A program made the translations under genes and the position numbers. The notes below the pieces were generated by a model that saw only the letters and a list, made by a program, of their open reading frames with translations, did no database searches and was not told the DNA's origin. Below are positions 54,914-64,000 of a stretch of DNA of 64,000 bases, piece by piece; positions within the stretch are counted from its first letter, which is position 1, and every line of letters begins with the position of its first letter. Origin of the DNA: Candidatus Woesearchaeota archaeon. GTDB lineage: Archaea > Nanobdellota > Nanobdellia > Woesearchaeales > ARS49. Where the stretch lies: NCBI GenBank assembly GCA_016215315.1, contig JACRKG010000054.1, forward strand, positions 74,305 to 138,304. The letters are read 5' to 3'.

Positions 54914-56453
54914 AATTTCTTTTTTGTAGTTCTTCTTTTAGTATTTTCGCCGTTAAGTTTGTTGCTTTAGGAGACCAATGATTGCCGTGAGTGTTGTAGA
55001 GACCTTCTTTAACTTCTAAGAATTTATCTTTTAAAGAAAAAATGCTGCTTTCTTCTTTGGAATTTTCTACAAAACAAGTTTTTATTTCTTTTATTGGGCG
55101 ATCAAAATTTGCCTCTTCCAAAGGTAAGTCATAATATTGATTGAACGTAGCAGCAATACTTTTATTCTCAATTTCAATTCTGGCAGGAATATAAAAAAAT
55201 ACATAATCGATATTTTTTTCTTTAAAGAAAGAAACAAATAACTTTAGAATTTCGCATTCAGTGGAGAAAGCGTAATCGATTATTTTGTTTTTTTTATTTG
55301 AAAAAACGAATACGTCCCCCGTATAAGACTCGTCTTTAATTGCCAAAAATCTTAAGCGATCTTTGTAAACAAAGTTAAACGCCTGAGAATATCTCAACAA
55401 GAAATCTTTAGGTTTTTCAAAAATTTTATTAAGAATGTCAAATATTTTTCTAATTATAGGAGTCACTCTTTTTGATTCTCTTTTGTATTGTTCATCGATT
55501 AATTTTATGACATCAGAATTCAAAGAAACATATGGTTTTTTTGTCCCAGATAATGAAGGAAAAATGTTGTGTCTTAAGTCATTGTAAAAAATACTCACTG
55601 CAACAAAATCTGGTTTTGTCGCATCATATGATCTTTTTAAAAGCATGTACTCTTGTAAGGTATAATACCCCGAAACTCCTGAGTTTATTACTTCATAAGT
55701 ATCATTTAGTTCTTTTTTCAAAAAATAATCCAACGTTTCATTCTGATCAAGACCTTCACCATAAATAAAACTATCTCCAATTAACAAAATTCTTTTTTTA
55801 GTTTTATTGATCAACTCAGTTTCAGAACGTAGTCCTAAACTGTTATGATTTGATTTTACAATGTATGCATTTTCTCCGGTTTTCATCAAAGAATAATTGG
55901 GCTTATTTATCCAACCAATTATATCATCAGGCATCACCGGGTTAAGTGATTCCTGAGAAAATTCACCCTTTAATTGAACCCCCTGTGGAAGATATGATCT
56001 GGTGAATACTTCCAAAATAATAACACAAATTAGTATTGAAAAAATAAGTAAAAAAACATTCAAAAGAGTTTGCTTATTTGGAATTAGGTTTATTCTTAAC
56101 AAAAACTCTCTTCTTAAAAAAGCATTAGTAAATTTAGCAAACCGGGTTCTTAATAAAGTGTTAATTAAAAAATTACTGGCTAAAATTCCAAAAATGAATT
56201 CAAATAGTATAATGTAAATGTGTGGATAAAGCAGAGGATACCATTCAAGAATGAGTATTTGGAAAAAAACTTCAAAAAGATGAATTCCAACAAAAAAACC
56301 TAAAAAAGTGTGTTCTTTTGGGCATTCTTCGAGATGCAATAAGTATTGGCAGTGAACTTTGTGTTGAATAGGAATAAAAAACGCAAGAATTAGTAAAATT
56401 AAAAATAAGCAAGATATTTTGATTTCAATGTGTTTTGGTATTGTTATCTTCAC
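54906..56453 (-). CDS. Membrane protein with a C-terminal SGNH/GDSL-like hydrolase domain
   Basis: N-terminal TM helices and LIGDSFIYGEG (GDSx block I). Confidence 0.4.
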   Translation of the reverse strand: MKITIPKHIEIKISCLFLILLILAFFIPIQHKVHCQYLLHLEECPKEHTFLGFFVGIHLFEVFFQILILEWYPLLYPHIYIILFEFIFGILASNFLINTLLRTRFAKFTNAFLRREFLLRINLIPNKQTLLNVFLLIFSILICVIILEVFTRSYLPQGVQLKGEFSQESLNPVMPDDIIGWINKPNYSLMKTGENAYIVKSNHNSLGLRSETELINKTKKRILLIGDSFIYGEGLDQNETLDYFLKKELNDTYEVINSGVSGYYTLQEYMLLKRSYDATKPDFVAVSIFYNDLRHNIFPSLSGTKKPYVSLNSDVIKLIDEQYKRESKRVTPIIRKIFDILNKIFEKPKDFLLRYSQAFNFVYKDRLRFLAIKDESYTGDVFVFSNKKNKIIDYAFSTECEILKLFVSFFKEKNIDYVFFYIPARIEIENKSIAATFNQYYDLPLEEANFDRPIKEIKTCFVENSKEESSIFSLKDKFLEVKEGLYNTHGNHWSPKATNLTAKILKEELQKRNFT

Positions 56454-56485
56454 AGAAATGGAGTAAATTGCAGTTATATAAAAAT

Positions 56486-57055
56486 TTATTTGAGTTTTAT
56501 CTTCAAACTTAAATCTTCCAACTTCTCGAGCGAGTATTTTACTGCATCGTATTTTCTTCTTAATGGACTATTTCTGAAGTCGAATTGAAGTAACTCTTCA
56601 TATAATGCACTAATGAATTCTTTGATTTCAATGACGGATTTATTATTTCCATTAATTACATCATTAACTGCTTTTCTTGTCAGTTCTCCTGTTAAGTCGC
56701 AAAGTCCTTGCAAATAAATTTCGATAGGCACTTCTAGTGTTTCGTGTGAAGGTATCTTTTTTGCTTGCAAAAAAGAATAAAAACATTCTGCTTCTACATA
56801 TTCTTCTAAAGCTTCGCCGTGTAAACCCATCATTAAATCATGATTGTTATCAATTAATCCTTCCATTTGCTTAATGACTTTTTTTGCTTCATCTAAAAGT
56901 TTTCTTGAATCTTTATTATCATTTCTGTGTAATGCAAATATTGCTTTTTTAGAATTCTTTAAAATAACGCGAGCTAACTTAATGACTTCTTCGCGTTTGC
57001 CATCAAATTCTTCAGTTTTCTTACGCAAGCTTTCAAAGTATTTTTTATCTAACAT
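56486..57055 (-). CDS. Translin-family protein (tentative)
   Basis: EEYVEAECFYSFL and CDLTGELTRKA resemble conserved translin blocks. Confidence 0.4.
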   Translation of the reverse strand: MLDKKYFESLRKKTEEFDGKREEVIKLARVILKNSKKAIFALHRNDNKDSRKLLDEAKKVIKQMEGLIDNNHDLMMGLHGEALEEYVEAECFYSFLQAKKIPSHETLEVPIEIYLQGLCDLTGELTRKAVNDVINGNNKSVIEIKEFISALYEELLQFDFRNSPLRRKYDAVKYSLEKLEDLSLKIKLK

Positions 57056-57092
57056 AAAAAATACAAAACACAGGTTATTTAAATAAGTTTGT

Positions 57093-57123
57093 CCTGGATT
57101 TTTTGCAAAGCAAAAAATCAGGG
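57093..57123. promoter_or_regulatory. Near-perfect palindrome CCTGGATTTTTTGC-aaa-GCAAAAAATCAGGG in a divergent intergenic region
   Basis: Read from the sequence. Confidence 0.3.
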
Positions 57124-57208
57124 AAACCTTTATATAATTAACTAGCTATTTTTACTATATTGTTGACTTTTTTTGCAAACAAAAAAAGAAAAAAAGGTGA
57201 ATTAAAGA

Positions 57209-57817
57209 ATGCCTGAATCATTGTTAGGAGGAGTTATAACGTTTTTAGAAAAATTGGGCGTTTATGATGTAGTGTTACCTTTCTTGTTGGTTTTTACTAT
57301 TGTTTTTGCAATTCTTGAAAAAACTAGAGTTTTTGGTGAAGAAAAAGTCGGTGATAAATCGTACTCGAGAAAGAATCTTAACGCAATGGCGGCTTTCATA
57401 ATAGGTTTTCTCGTCATAGCTTCTTCACAATTAGTTCAAGCAATCTCACAAATTTCTGCTCACGTGTTTGTAATACTTTTATTAATTGTATTCTTCTTGT
57501 TATTAGTTGGTTCTTTTTATGGCGAAGGAAAAATTGGCAAAGAAGGTTTACAGGAAGAATGGGCTAAAAATATTTTTATTGTAGTTATTTTTTTAGCAAT
57601 TGCATTTGTTTTTCTTAATGCTTTACCTGCAGGGCAAGGAAAGACTTGGCTTGAATGGATCTTTCAAGGTTCAGGAAAAGCAGTCAGTAGTCCAGCAACT
57701 GCATCGATAGTTTTAATAATCCTAATAGTAATATTTATAAGATACGTTTCCAAATCAGATAATAGTGGAGGCTCAGGTGGCTCTACTGAAGAAAAGAAGG
57801 ATAAAAAAGATGGATAA
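57209..57817 (+). CDS. Membrane protein, tandem paralog 1 of 3
   Basis: Three similar ~200-aa polytopic proteins in a row. Confidence 0.45.
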   Translation: MPESLLGGVITFLEKLGVYDVVLPFLLVFTIVFAILEKTRVFGEEKVGDKSYSRKNLNAMAAFIIGFLVIASSQLVQAISQISAHVFVILLLIVFFLLLVGSFYGEGKIGKEGLQEEWAKNIFIVVIFLAIAFVFLNALPAGQGKTWLEWIFQGSGKAVSSPATASIVLIILIVIFIRYVSKSDNSGGSGGSTEEKKDKKDG

Positions 57818-57827
57818 ATGAGGTGAA

Positions 57828-58439
57828 ATGATGCTATTTCAATATGGTGGTTTTGTATTTCAAGACGCATTAAGACAATTACAATACTGGGGAGTCTGGG
57901 ATGTACTAATTCCTTTTGCATTAATATTTGCAATAATTTTTTCAATTCTAAAAAAAACAGAAATTTTTCATAACGATGGAGTAAACATAGTTGTAGCATT
58001 ATCAACATCTTTATTGGCAATAATTCCTCATGTTTCTGGAGGATATCCACAAGGATTTGATGTTGTATTAATAATCAATCAGTTCTTTCCTCAAATAGCA
58101 TTAGTTCTTATTTCAGTAGTAATGGTTTTAATAATGACTGGATTGTTAGTTGATAAAGCAAATTATAAATTAGCAACAACTTTAGGTAAATGGGCTGCTT
58201 TAGGTTCAGCATTAATAGTTGGATTTTTGATGATTAAAGCAATCAACCCTGATCTTGGTGGTGCAAGTACAAGTTTCTTAAATGATCCTCAATTACAAGC
58301 ATTTGTTGTAGCAATATTAGCATTCGGATTAGTAGTTCTGTTTATTACAAAAGGATTTGGCGGAGGAGATGCTGCTGCTAAAGCAAAAGCTGCTGCCGCT
58401 GCAGCTCCAACATTTACCTGGGTTCCACCTAAACAATAA
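57828..58439 (+). CDS. Membrane protein, tandem paralog 2 of 3
   Basis: Paralogy with its neighbours. Confidence 0.45.
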   Translation: MMLFQYGGFVFQDALRQLQYWGVWDVLIPFALIFAIIFSILKKTEIFHNDGVNIVVALSTSLLAIIPHVSGGYPQGFDVVLIINQFFPQIALVLISVVMVLIMTGLLVDKANYKLATTLGKWAALGSALIVGFLMIKAINPDLGGASTSFLNDPQLQAFVVAILAFGLVVLFITKGFGGGDAAAKAKAAAAAAPTFTWVPPKQ

Positions 58440-58442
58440 ATT

Positions 58443-59051
58443 ATGGCAACATTCCTCGACTTTGGATTATTGAAGCCTTTTGAGCAAATATTTCCATTCT
58501 TGTTCTTAATGGTATTCTTGTATGCTGTGTTTTCAAGATTTGATATTTTTAAAGAGAGGCCTGCATTTTCTGCCATTGTTGCATTTGTATTATCAATCAT
58601 GGCAATGCTTTCACCAATACTAGTAAGAACGATTAATTTAATGGCGCCATGGTTAGTATTATTCATTATTTTGATAGTTATTCTAATGCTCGTTTATCAA
58701 ACGTTCGGAATCAAGCAGGATTCAATTGTTAATGTTATTACCGGAGATAAAGTTGGTGAAACATTCTCTTGGGTGATACTTATCATTGTTGCTTTAATTT
58801 TTATTGGAAGCTTAACGTCAGCAATAAGTGAACAAGAAGGTTTTCAAAAATTACAAACAGGAGGAAAAGTAAGTCCGGTTCCAGGACAAACTCCTAGTGT
58901 ATCTCCTATTGATGCATCAAAATTAGTTGAGCCAGGTTCAGAAAAAGAAGATTTCTTTAAAACAATATTCCATCCAAAAGTATTAGGAATAATTGTTATA
59001 ATGTTAATAGCAGTATTTGCAATACAAAGACTAAGCGCAGAAGCAAGTTAA
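58443..59051 (+). CDS. Membrane protein, tandem paralog 3 of 3
   Basis: Paralogy with its neighbours; the stop abuts a heptad element. Confidence 0.45.
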   Translation: MATFLDFGLLKPFEQIFPFLFLMVFLYAVFSRFDIFKERPAFSAIVAFVLSIMAMLSPILVRTINLMAPWLVLFIILIVILMLVYQTFGIKQDSIVNVITGDKVGETFSWVILIIVALIFIGSLTSAISEQEGFQKLQTGGKVSPVPGQTPSVSPIDASKLVEPGSEKEDFFKTIFHPKVLGIIVIMLIAVFAIQRLSAEAS

Positions 59052-59052
59052 A

Positions 59053-59102
59053 TAGTTTGTAGTTTGTGGTTTGGAGTTCACAGTACGTCCTGTAAACTAC
59101 AA
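59053..59102. repeat. Heptad-palindrome element, copy 12
   Basis: tagtttgtagtttgtggtttggagttcacagtacgtcctgtaaactacaa. Confidence 0.75.
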
Positions 59103-59331
59103 CAAGTACAAATGATAAAAAGAAAGTAGATGAGTTTTGTAAGTGCACTCGCTAAACTTTTCTATTATCAATTTCCGCAGCGCGGCGTCAATGTTCCGAA
59201 CGCAAAACCGGGAAAATATAATTCAGGCACGATGATATTGCGTTCGGGCTAGGGGAAAAAGTTCAACATACATAGAAAGAATCAAAGTTTTTAACACTGA
59301 CATTTTAACATAAGCTGCAAATCAGGAACAA

Positions 59332-59892
59332 TCAAGAAACTTGTTTCTTCTTCGTTCCTATCTTTAATGCGCTTATTGCTTTTGTTAGTTCTGGAATGCT
59401 ATCTTTGAAAACTTTTTGCATTGCTTTCATTTCAGTACCAACTTCCATCATTTGTTCTTCTCCTTTCTCAATCTTTGTGATTAATGCTTTGTTTAGACTA
59501 TCGAGTCTTTCTTTTAAGTCGTCCATGCTTTGTTCTAACTTATCAAGTCTTGTTGTTGTTTTTTCTTTCCAACCCTCGAATTCACCAACGTTTTTAGTTA
59601 CGTTTCTAACTTTATCTTCAACAATTGATTCAATAAGTTCTTCATCAACTTCAGCTTTTTCCATTTGAACTGGTTCTGGCATTGGCGGCGGAGCACTAAC
59701 TGGAGGAGGTAATGGTCTAGGCTCTTTATAATAAAGTCCTTCATCATCACTCCTTTCAGCTCTAGTTAAGTGTTCTTCAATTTCTAGCGGAGTATAGCCT
59801 TGACTACTCATAGCTCGAATAATTTCACTTCTACTATAGCCCTCTTTTTTCATCTCTAAAATGGCATCCACCAATTCTTGAGATATTACCAA
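59332..59892 (-). CDS. Coiled-coil protein with a Pro-rich linker
   Basis: PLPPPVSAPPPMPEP linker and heptad-rich C-terminal half. Confidence 0.4.
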   Translation of the reverse strand: MVISQELVDAILEMKKEGYSRSEIIRAMSSQGYTPLEIEEHLTRAERSDDEGLYYKEPRPLPPPVSAPPPMPEPVQMEKAEVDEELIESIVEDKVRNVTKNVGEFEGWKEKTTTRLDKLEQSMDDLKERLDSLNKALITKIEKGEEQMMEVGTEMKAMQKVFKDSIPELTKAISALKIGTKKKQVS

Positions 59893-59998
59893 AAACCTTT
59901 CACCTCGCTATTTTTGTTGCATAAAAATATATAATTGTTGCGTTTTTGAACTGAACTTCCAGAATTCGCTATGCTCATTCGGGAAGTTCTGAACTAAA

Positions 59999-60373
59999 TT
60001 ACTTTTTAATCTTCTTTTCTGATTTTAAATCAGCTAATATTTCATCCAACTGATCGATTGTTACAAAATTTGTAGGATTCCAATAATCAAGATATTTCTT
60101 AAGCACATCAAAATCTTCTTTAGGCGCTCTAAGAGTAACTTCGTTTTTTAAAACTTCTAAAGATCTTTCAAAATCATCCAAACGCCTCTCAACAGTTCTA
60201 ACTTCACTACCTGCATCCTTGCTAATTTCATTCAAAGACTTTCTTAAATCTTGAATATTGCTTCTCAAAAAATTAATCAATTCTCTAAAATCACCAAAAC
60301 GACTTTCTAGGGTGCGAAGTCTAGCATTCAGATTAAGAAGTAAATCCCTATCCAAAAACTGATTCTCCACCAT
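59999..60373 (-). CDS. Coiled-coil protein
   Basis: ORF with helical periodicity. Confidence 0.4.
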   Translation of the reverse strand: MVENQFLDRDLLLNLNARLRTLESRFGDFRELINFLRSNIQDLRKSLNEISKDAGSEVRTVERRLDDFERSLEVLKNEVTLRAPKEDFDVLKKYLDYWNPTNFVTIDQLDEILADLKSEKKIKK

Positions 60374-60577
60374 CTTTATACAAATAACTTTATATACTAT
60401 TATTTATAAATATATCCTAAGCGCGCCCAAGCGCGCGGTACCAGATATTACCTGATGTCGATGGTATCTGTTTGGTGTCGAAATATTACTTGGTGTCGAG
60501 AGGGCTGCAGAGTTCATTGCAAGTTACTGAATTTAGTACTGCAAACCAAAAGAGGGGAGAAAAAAGGAGGTTTAAGA

Positions 60578-63500
60578 ATGTCTAGTAATGAGTGTGGTAG
60601 TTACGAAGTAAATAGAGAAGGAGAAGAAATAATAATTAGAATAAACTGTGAATCATGCCCTTTCTTTCCATCAATAGAAGACAATCCTAGAGTGATGGCA
60701 TTAGTAATTGACATTCTTGCAGAAGCAGGCAGTGCGACGAAAATAGTTCTTGCACAAAAAAGAGACTATGAATATGACTATACACAAACATTAATGTTAT
60801 TAGAAGTAGCAAAATTATACCGAAAACTAAACAGACAAAAAAAAGCATACAATTTATTTGAAAAAGAAGCATGCAGAAGATATGTAGAACCCAGATTTGC
60901 AGAAATACAAGACATCTTATTCAACCACTTAAAAAGCGATCCCGTGCAAGCGTATATGTTGTTGATACGAATCAGTGAAAGAGAAAACCAATTAATAAAA
61001 ACAAAAGCAATAAGCACAGAAGGAATAGGATGTTTGCAAACTTATTACAGGATGATTGAAAATACCGTCGGAGAATTACAACAATCACAATTAATCCAAC
61101 AATCACTTCCATTCTTAAGAGAATACAAAATAGGTGATAGAATAATTTACAGGAAAGTATTTTCTCCATCAATAAAGCCAAATTTCATGTACACAAAATT
61201 AATGGCAGAATTTCCTTCAGAAGGAGAAGAACTAGACAGTTACACAGTAAATGATACTGAAGTAACAATATTCAAATTACCAAATCAAGTACAACCATTA
61301 TACCACATAATACCTCCCGAACTAAAATTAGACGAAGACAGGTATGAAATATTAGAATTAGCAAGAACAGGACTAGAAAAGTTTGAACCAAAAAAAGGAG
61401 AATTCACAGACCCAGAAAGAATAAGAGAAGTCTTCTACAACATAAGTCAAGACTCACTAGATCATTTAGCACAAGCAAAAGGAATAACTCTAAGAAGCAA
61501 AGAATTAGAACAATTATCAGAAATACTAGTAAGATACACAGTAGGATTCGGACTAATAGAAGTATTATTACAAGACGAAAAAATACAAGACGTAACAATC
61601 AACTCACCACTAGGAAGAAACCCAGTATTCATTGTTCATTCAGAATTTGATGCATGCTCAACAAACATAGTCCCAACATACAGAGAAAGCGAAAGCTGGG
61701 CATCAAAATTAAGAATACTCAGCGGAAGACCACTAGACGAAGCAAACCCTGTATTAGATACTGAATTATCATTTCCAAATGCAAGAGCAAGAATTGCAGC
61801 AATAACTTCTCCACTAAATCCTTCAGGAATAGCATTTGCACTAAGAAGGCACAGAGACAAACCATGGACATTAAATCTTTTTGCGCAACAACAAAAAGAA
61901 TTACACAACATAAAAAGATCAGGAGCAAAATACATGACAACACTAGCAGCAGGACTACTCGGTTTCTTAGTTGATGGAAGCAGAACAATGCTAGTTGCAG
62001 GAACAAGAAGCTCAGGAAAAACATCACTACTAGGAGCACTAATGACAGAACTAACACGAAAAGGAAGAATAATAACAATTGAGGATAGCGTAACTGGTGA
62101 TTCTGAAGTATTAATTAAAAAAGCGGGAATTATACAAAAAGTGCAAATTGGAAATTTAATAGATGACATAGTCACGGATAGTTGTTGGTATAATTTAAGC
62201 GGACATGAAGTTGCAGGGAATAAACAAGATATAGAAATTTGCTGCCTAAATAAGCAAGGAAAAATAACTTTTTCAAAAGTAACAAAATTTATCAGACATA
62301 AAGTAAACAAACCAATATATGAATTAACCACTAGAACAGGAAGGAAAATAAAAGTAACCGGAGATCATTCATTATTCACACTCGATGAAGAAGCGGAAAT
62401 AAAAGAAGCAAAAGTGAGCGAATTAAAAGAAAAAGATTTCCTAGTAACCCCGAGGAAGATTGAAAATTCCAATTTAGAAAAAAAATATTTAAATTTATTT
62501 GATAAAATATGCAAAAATCAAAAAGCTTACTTTAAAGGAGAGTCTATAAAAGAAGCACTAAAAAATTACGAGCCTCAAATAAAACAATTGGCAAAAGAAC
62601 ATGACTTTCACAAATCTTCAGTTCAGCATTGGAATAGATCAAAGATTTTACCGGCAGTAATAATTGATGATCTTGTCTGTTTAGGTCATAAAATAAGTAA
62701 AGAAAATATTTTCTTTAAAATAGGGTCGAATTCCCTTAAATGGCTACCTGTAAATATTGAACTGGATGAAACCTTACTAACGCTTGCAGGATTGTGGTTG
62801 GCAGATGGAACATATGACAAATGTTCTGTTCTAATCTCATCTACAAATGTTGAGGATAGAAAAATAATACATAATTTTGCAGAAAAATATAACTTCAATG
62901 TAAAACTTCACTCAGACAAATGGACTTTAATGTTAAACTCAAAAACATTAAAATGGCTGATGAGAGAAGGACTAGAACTTAAAGGTAATGCGTATACAAA
63001 AAGAATTCCTTCACTTGTATATGGATTGTCGTTAGAACAAATTTCGTATGTGATTAAAGGAATTTACAGTGGAGACGGGTGTATATCCAATTCTGAAATA
63101 CTTTTACATTTATCTTCAAGAAAATTATTGGAAGACATACAAACATTAATGCTTAATTTTGGAATAATAATGAGAATAGGCAAAAAAAGAAAAGATAATA
63201 CTCATGCCTCGTCAATAAGTGCTTTAATTTCAATAAAAAGCTTCCAGAAGCAAATAGGCGTACTTCAAGAATACAAAAAACATAAACTAAACATACTAGC
63301 AAACAAGTTTTCAACACATGATAGTACAGATATAATACCTTTGAAAAAAGAAACAAAACAAAAATTATCAAAAATCATTAAAAATTTTAACTCACAAGAT
63401 TATATTTCCAGAAATAACAACATAGGAAGAACAAAAATGACTTATTTATTACAACAAACAGCAGTGGAAAATAAATTGTTATATAACTTACGGTTGCTTT

Positions 63501-64000
63501 CCGAGTCAGACATTTTCTTTGATGAAATAAAAGAAATAAAAATTATTCAAGATTATGCAGATTATGTTTATGATGTTTCAGTTCCAGAATGCGAAAATTT
63601 TGTTTGCAATAATATATTAGCGCATAATACTCTTGAACTACCTTGCGAAGCACTAAGAAATTTAGGATACAACATTCAACAATTAAAAGTAGCAAGTGCA
63701 CTAACAAAAGGAACAAATGAAGTAAGCGCTGACGAAGGAATAAGAACAACGCTAAGAATGGGAGATTCAAGTTTGATTGTGGGAGAAATAAGAAGTACAG
63801 AAGCAACAGCATTATACGAAGCAATGAGAGTTGGTGCATTAGCAAACTTAGTAGCAGGAACAATTCACGGCGACAGTCCTTACGGTGTATTTGATCGTGT
63901 TGTAAACGACTTAAAAGTACCAAGAACTAGTTTCAAAGCAACAGACATAATTGTGATTGCAAAACCAATCAAAACAGTTGGAGGACTTTACAGAGAAAAA
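60578..64000 (+). CDS. Secretion-superfamily ATPase (FlaI/PilB/GspE/VirB11-like) with a long N-terminal domain, interrupted by an intein; the 3' end runs off the window
   Basis: RBS GGAGG 8 nt upstream. Walker A AGTRSSGKTS. The Asp box RIITIED is split from TLELP by the intein. The frame is open to position 64000. Confidence 0.75.
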   Translation, partial: MSSNECGSYEVNREGEEIIIRINCESCPFFPSIEDNPRVMALVIDILAEAGSATKIVLAQKRDYEYDYTQTLMLLEVAKLYRKLNRQKKAYNLFEKEACRRYVEPRFAEIQDILFNHLKSDPVQAYMLLIRISERENQLIKTKAISTEGIGCLQTYYRMIENTVGELQQSQLIQQSLPFLREYKIGDRIIYRKVFSPSIKPNFMYTKLMAEFPSEGEELDSYTVNDTEVTIFKLPNQVQPLYHIIPPELKLDEDRYEILELARTGLEKFEPKKGEFTDPERIREVFYNISQDSLDHLAQAKGITLRSKELEQLSEILVRYTVGFGLIEVLLQDEKIQDVTINSPLGRNPVFIVHSEFDACSTNIVPTYRESESWASKLRILSGRPLDEANPVLDTELSFPNARARIAAITSPLNPSGIAFALRRHRDKPWTLNLFAQQQKELHNIKRSGAKYMTTLAAGLLGFLVDGSRTMLVAGTRSSGKTSLLGALMTELTRKGRIITIEDSVTGDSEVLIKKAGIIQKVQIGNLIDDIVTDSCWYNLSGHEVAGNKQDIEICCLNKQGKITFSKVTKFIRHKVNKPIYELTTRTGRKIKVTGDHSLFTLDEEAEIKEAKVSELKEKDFLVTPRKIENSNLEKKYLNLFDKICKNQKAYFKGESIKEALKNYEPQIKQLAKEHDFHKSSVQHWNRSKILPAVIIDDLVCLGHKISKENIFFKIGSNSLKWLPVNIELDETLLTLAGLWLADGTYDKCSVLISSTNVEDRKIIHNFAEKYNFNVKLHSDKWTLMLNSKTLKWLMREGLELKGNAYTKRIPSLVYGLSLEQISYVIKGIYSGDGCISNSEILLHLSSRKLLEDIQTLMLNFGIIMRIGKKRKDNTHASSISALISIKSFQKQIGVLQEYKKHKLNILANKFSTHDSTDIIPLKKETKQKLSKIIKNFNSQDYISRNNNIGRTKMTYLLQQTAVENKLLYNLRLLSESDIFFDEIKEIKIIQDYADYVYDVSVPECENFVCNNILAHNTLELPCEALRNLGYNIQQLKVASALTKGTNEVSADEGIRTTLRMGDSSLIVGEIRSTEATALYEAMRVGALANLVAGTIHGDSPYGVFDRVVNDLKVPRTSFKATDIIVIAKPIKTVGGLYREK
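62087..63628 (+). mobile_element. Intein of 514 aa with a LAGLIDADG homing-endonuclease domain, inserted in the Asp box (IED|TxEL) of the ATPase
   Basis: N-terminal SVTGDSEVL (block A-like). Two LAGLIDADG motifs: LAGLWLADGTY and IKGIYSGDGCI. C-terminal ...NNILAHN followed by a +1 Thr. Joining the exteins restores RIITIEDTLELP. Confidence 0.7.

Noticed and set aside
14554-59102. Could the heptad-palindrome copies be a CRISPR array or dispersed CRISPR repeats?
   Set aside because: The copies are dispersed singly across 45 kb. They are not interspersed with unique spacers of similar length, they are internally palindromic over 60-90 bp, and no cas genes are present.

Overview
This is an AT-rich window (roughly one-third GC by eye) with archaeal gene content: RadA, PCNA, an RPA-like protein with a zinc ribbon, ribosomal proteins L34e, L14e and S2, RNase HII, an Rpp30-like protein, and class III (prepilin-type) signal peptides. 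It looks like a small-genome archaeon, possibly DPANN-like, but that is an inference. I found no rRNA, tRNA or CRISPR array. About 80 CDS are supportable. The housekeeping genes are interleaved with accessory material: HEPN/nucleotidyltransferase toxin-antitoxin-like modules (one carrying a 238-bp duplicated gene fragment), a five-gene type IV pilin-like cluster, and a secretion-type ATPase interrupted by a 514-aa LAGLIDADG intein. The strongest candidate for an undescribed system is a roughly 10-kb operon of at least 14 translationally coupled genes (38534..47096) with an associated 5-gene mini-operon (37005..38192). It contains two duplicated modules of a class-I SAM methyltransferase plus a small HExxH metallopeptidase-like protein, a putative Cys/His peptidase, two protein-kinase-like-fold paralogs, and secreted, membrane and glycine-zipper small proteins. 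Each of the two operons is preceded by a copy of a roughly 240-nt conserved upstream element whose stems are conserved while the loops vary. Two dispersed non-coding families stand out. One is a 45-90 bp imperfect palindrome built from tandem heptads (YRGTTYR)n around a GTACGTCCTGT core, with 12 full or half copies, several of which supply the stop codon of the flanking gene or abut a start codon. The other is a roughly 30-nt motif, GGTGTCGAAATATTACTTGGTGTCGAGAGGG, present in 5 intergenic regions. Other points of interest are a G9 homopolymer upstream of a Cys-rich surface-protein gene, twin GC-rich perfect hairpins after L14e, a 487-bp GC-rich non-coding region, and an OGFOD1/Tpa1-like oxygenase apparently split in two by a repeat element.
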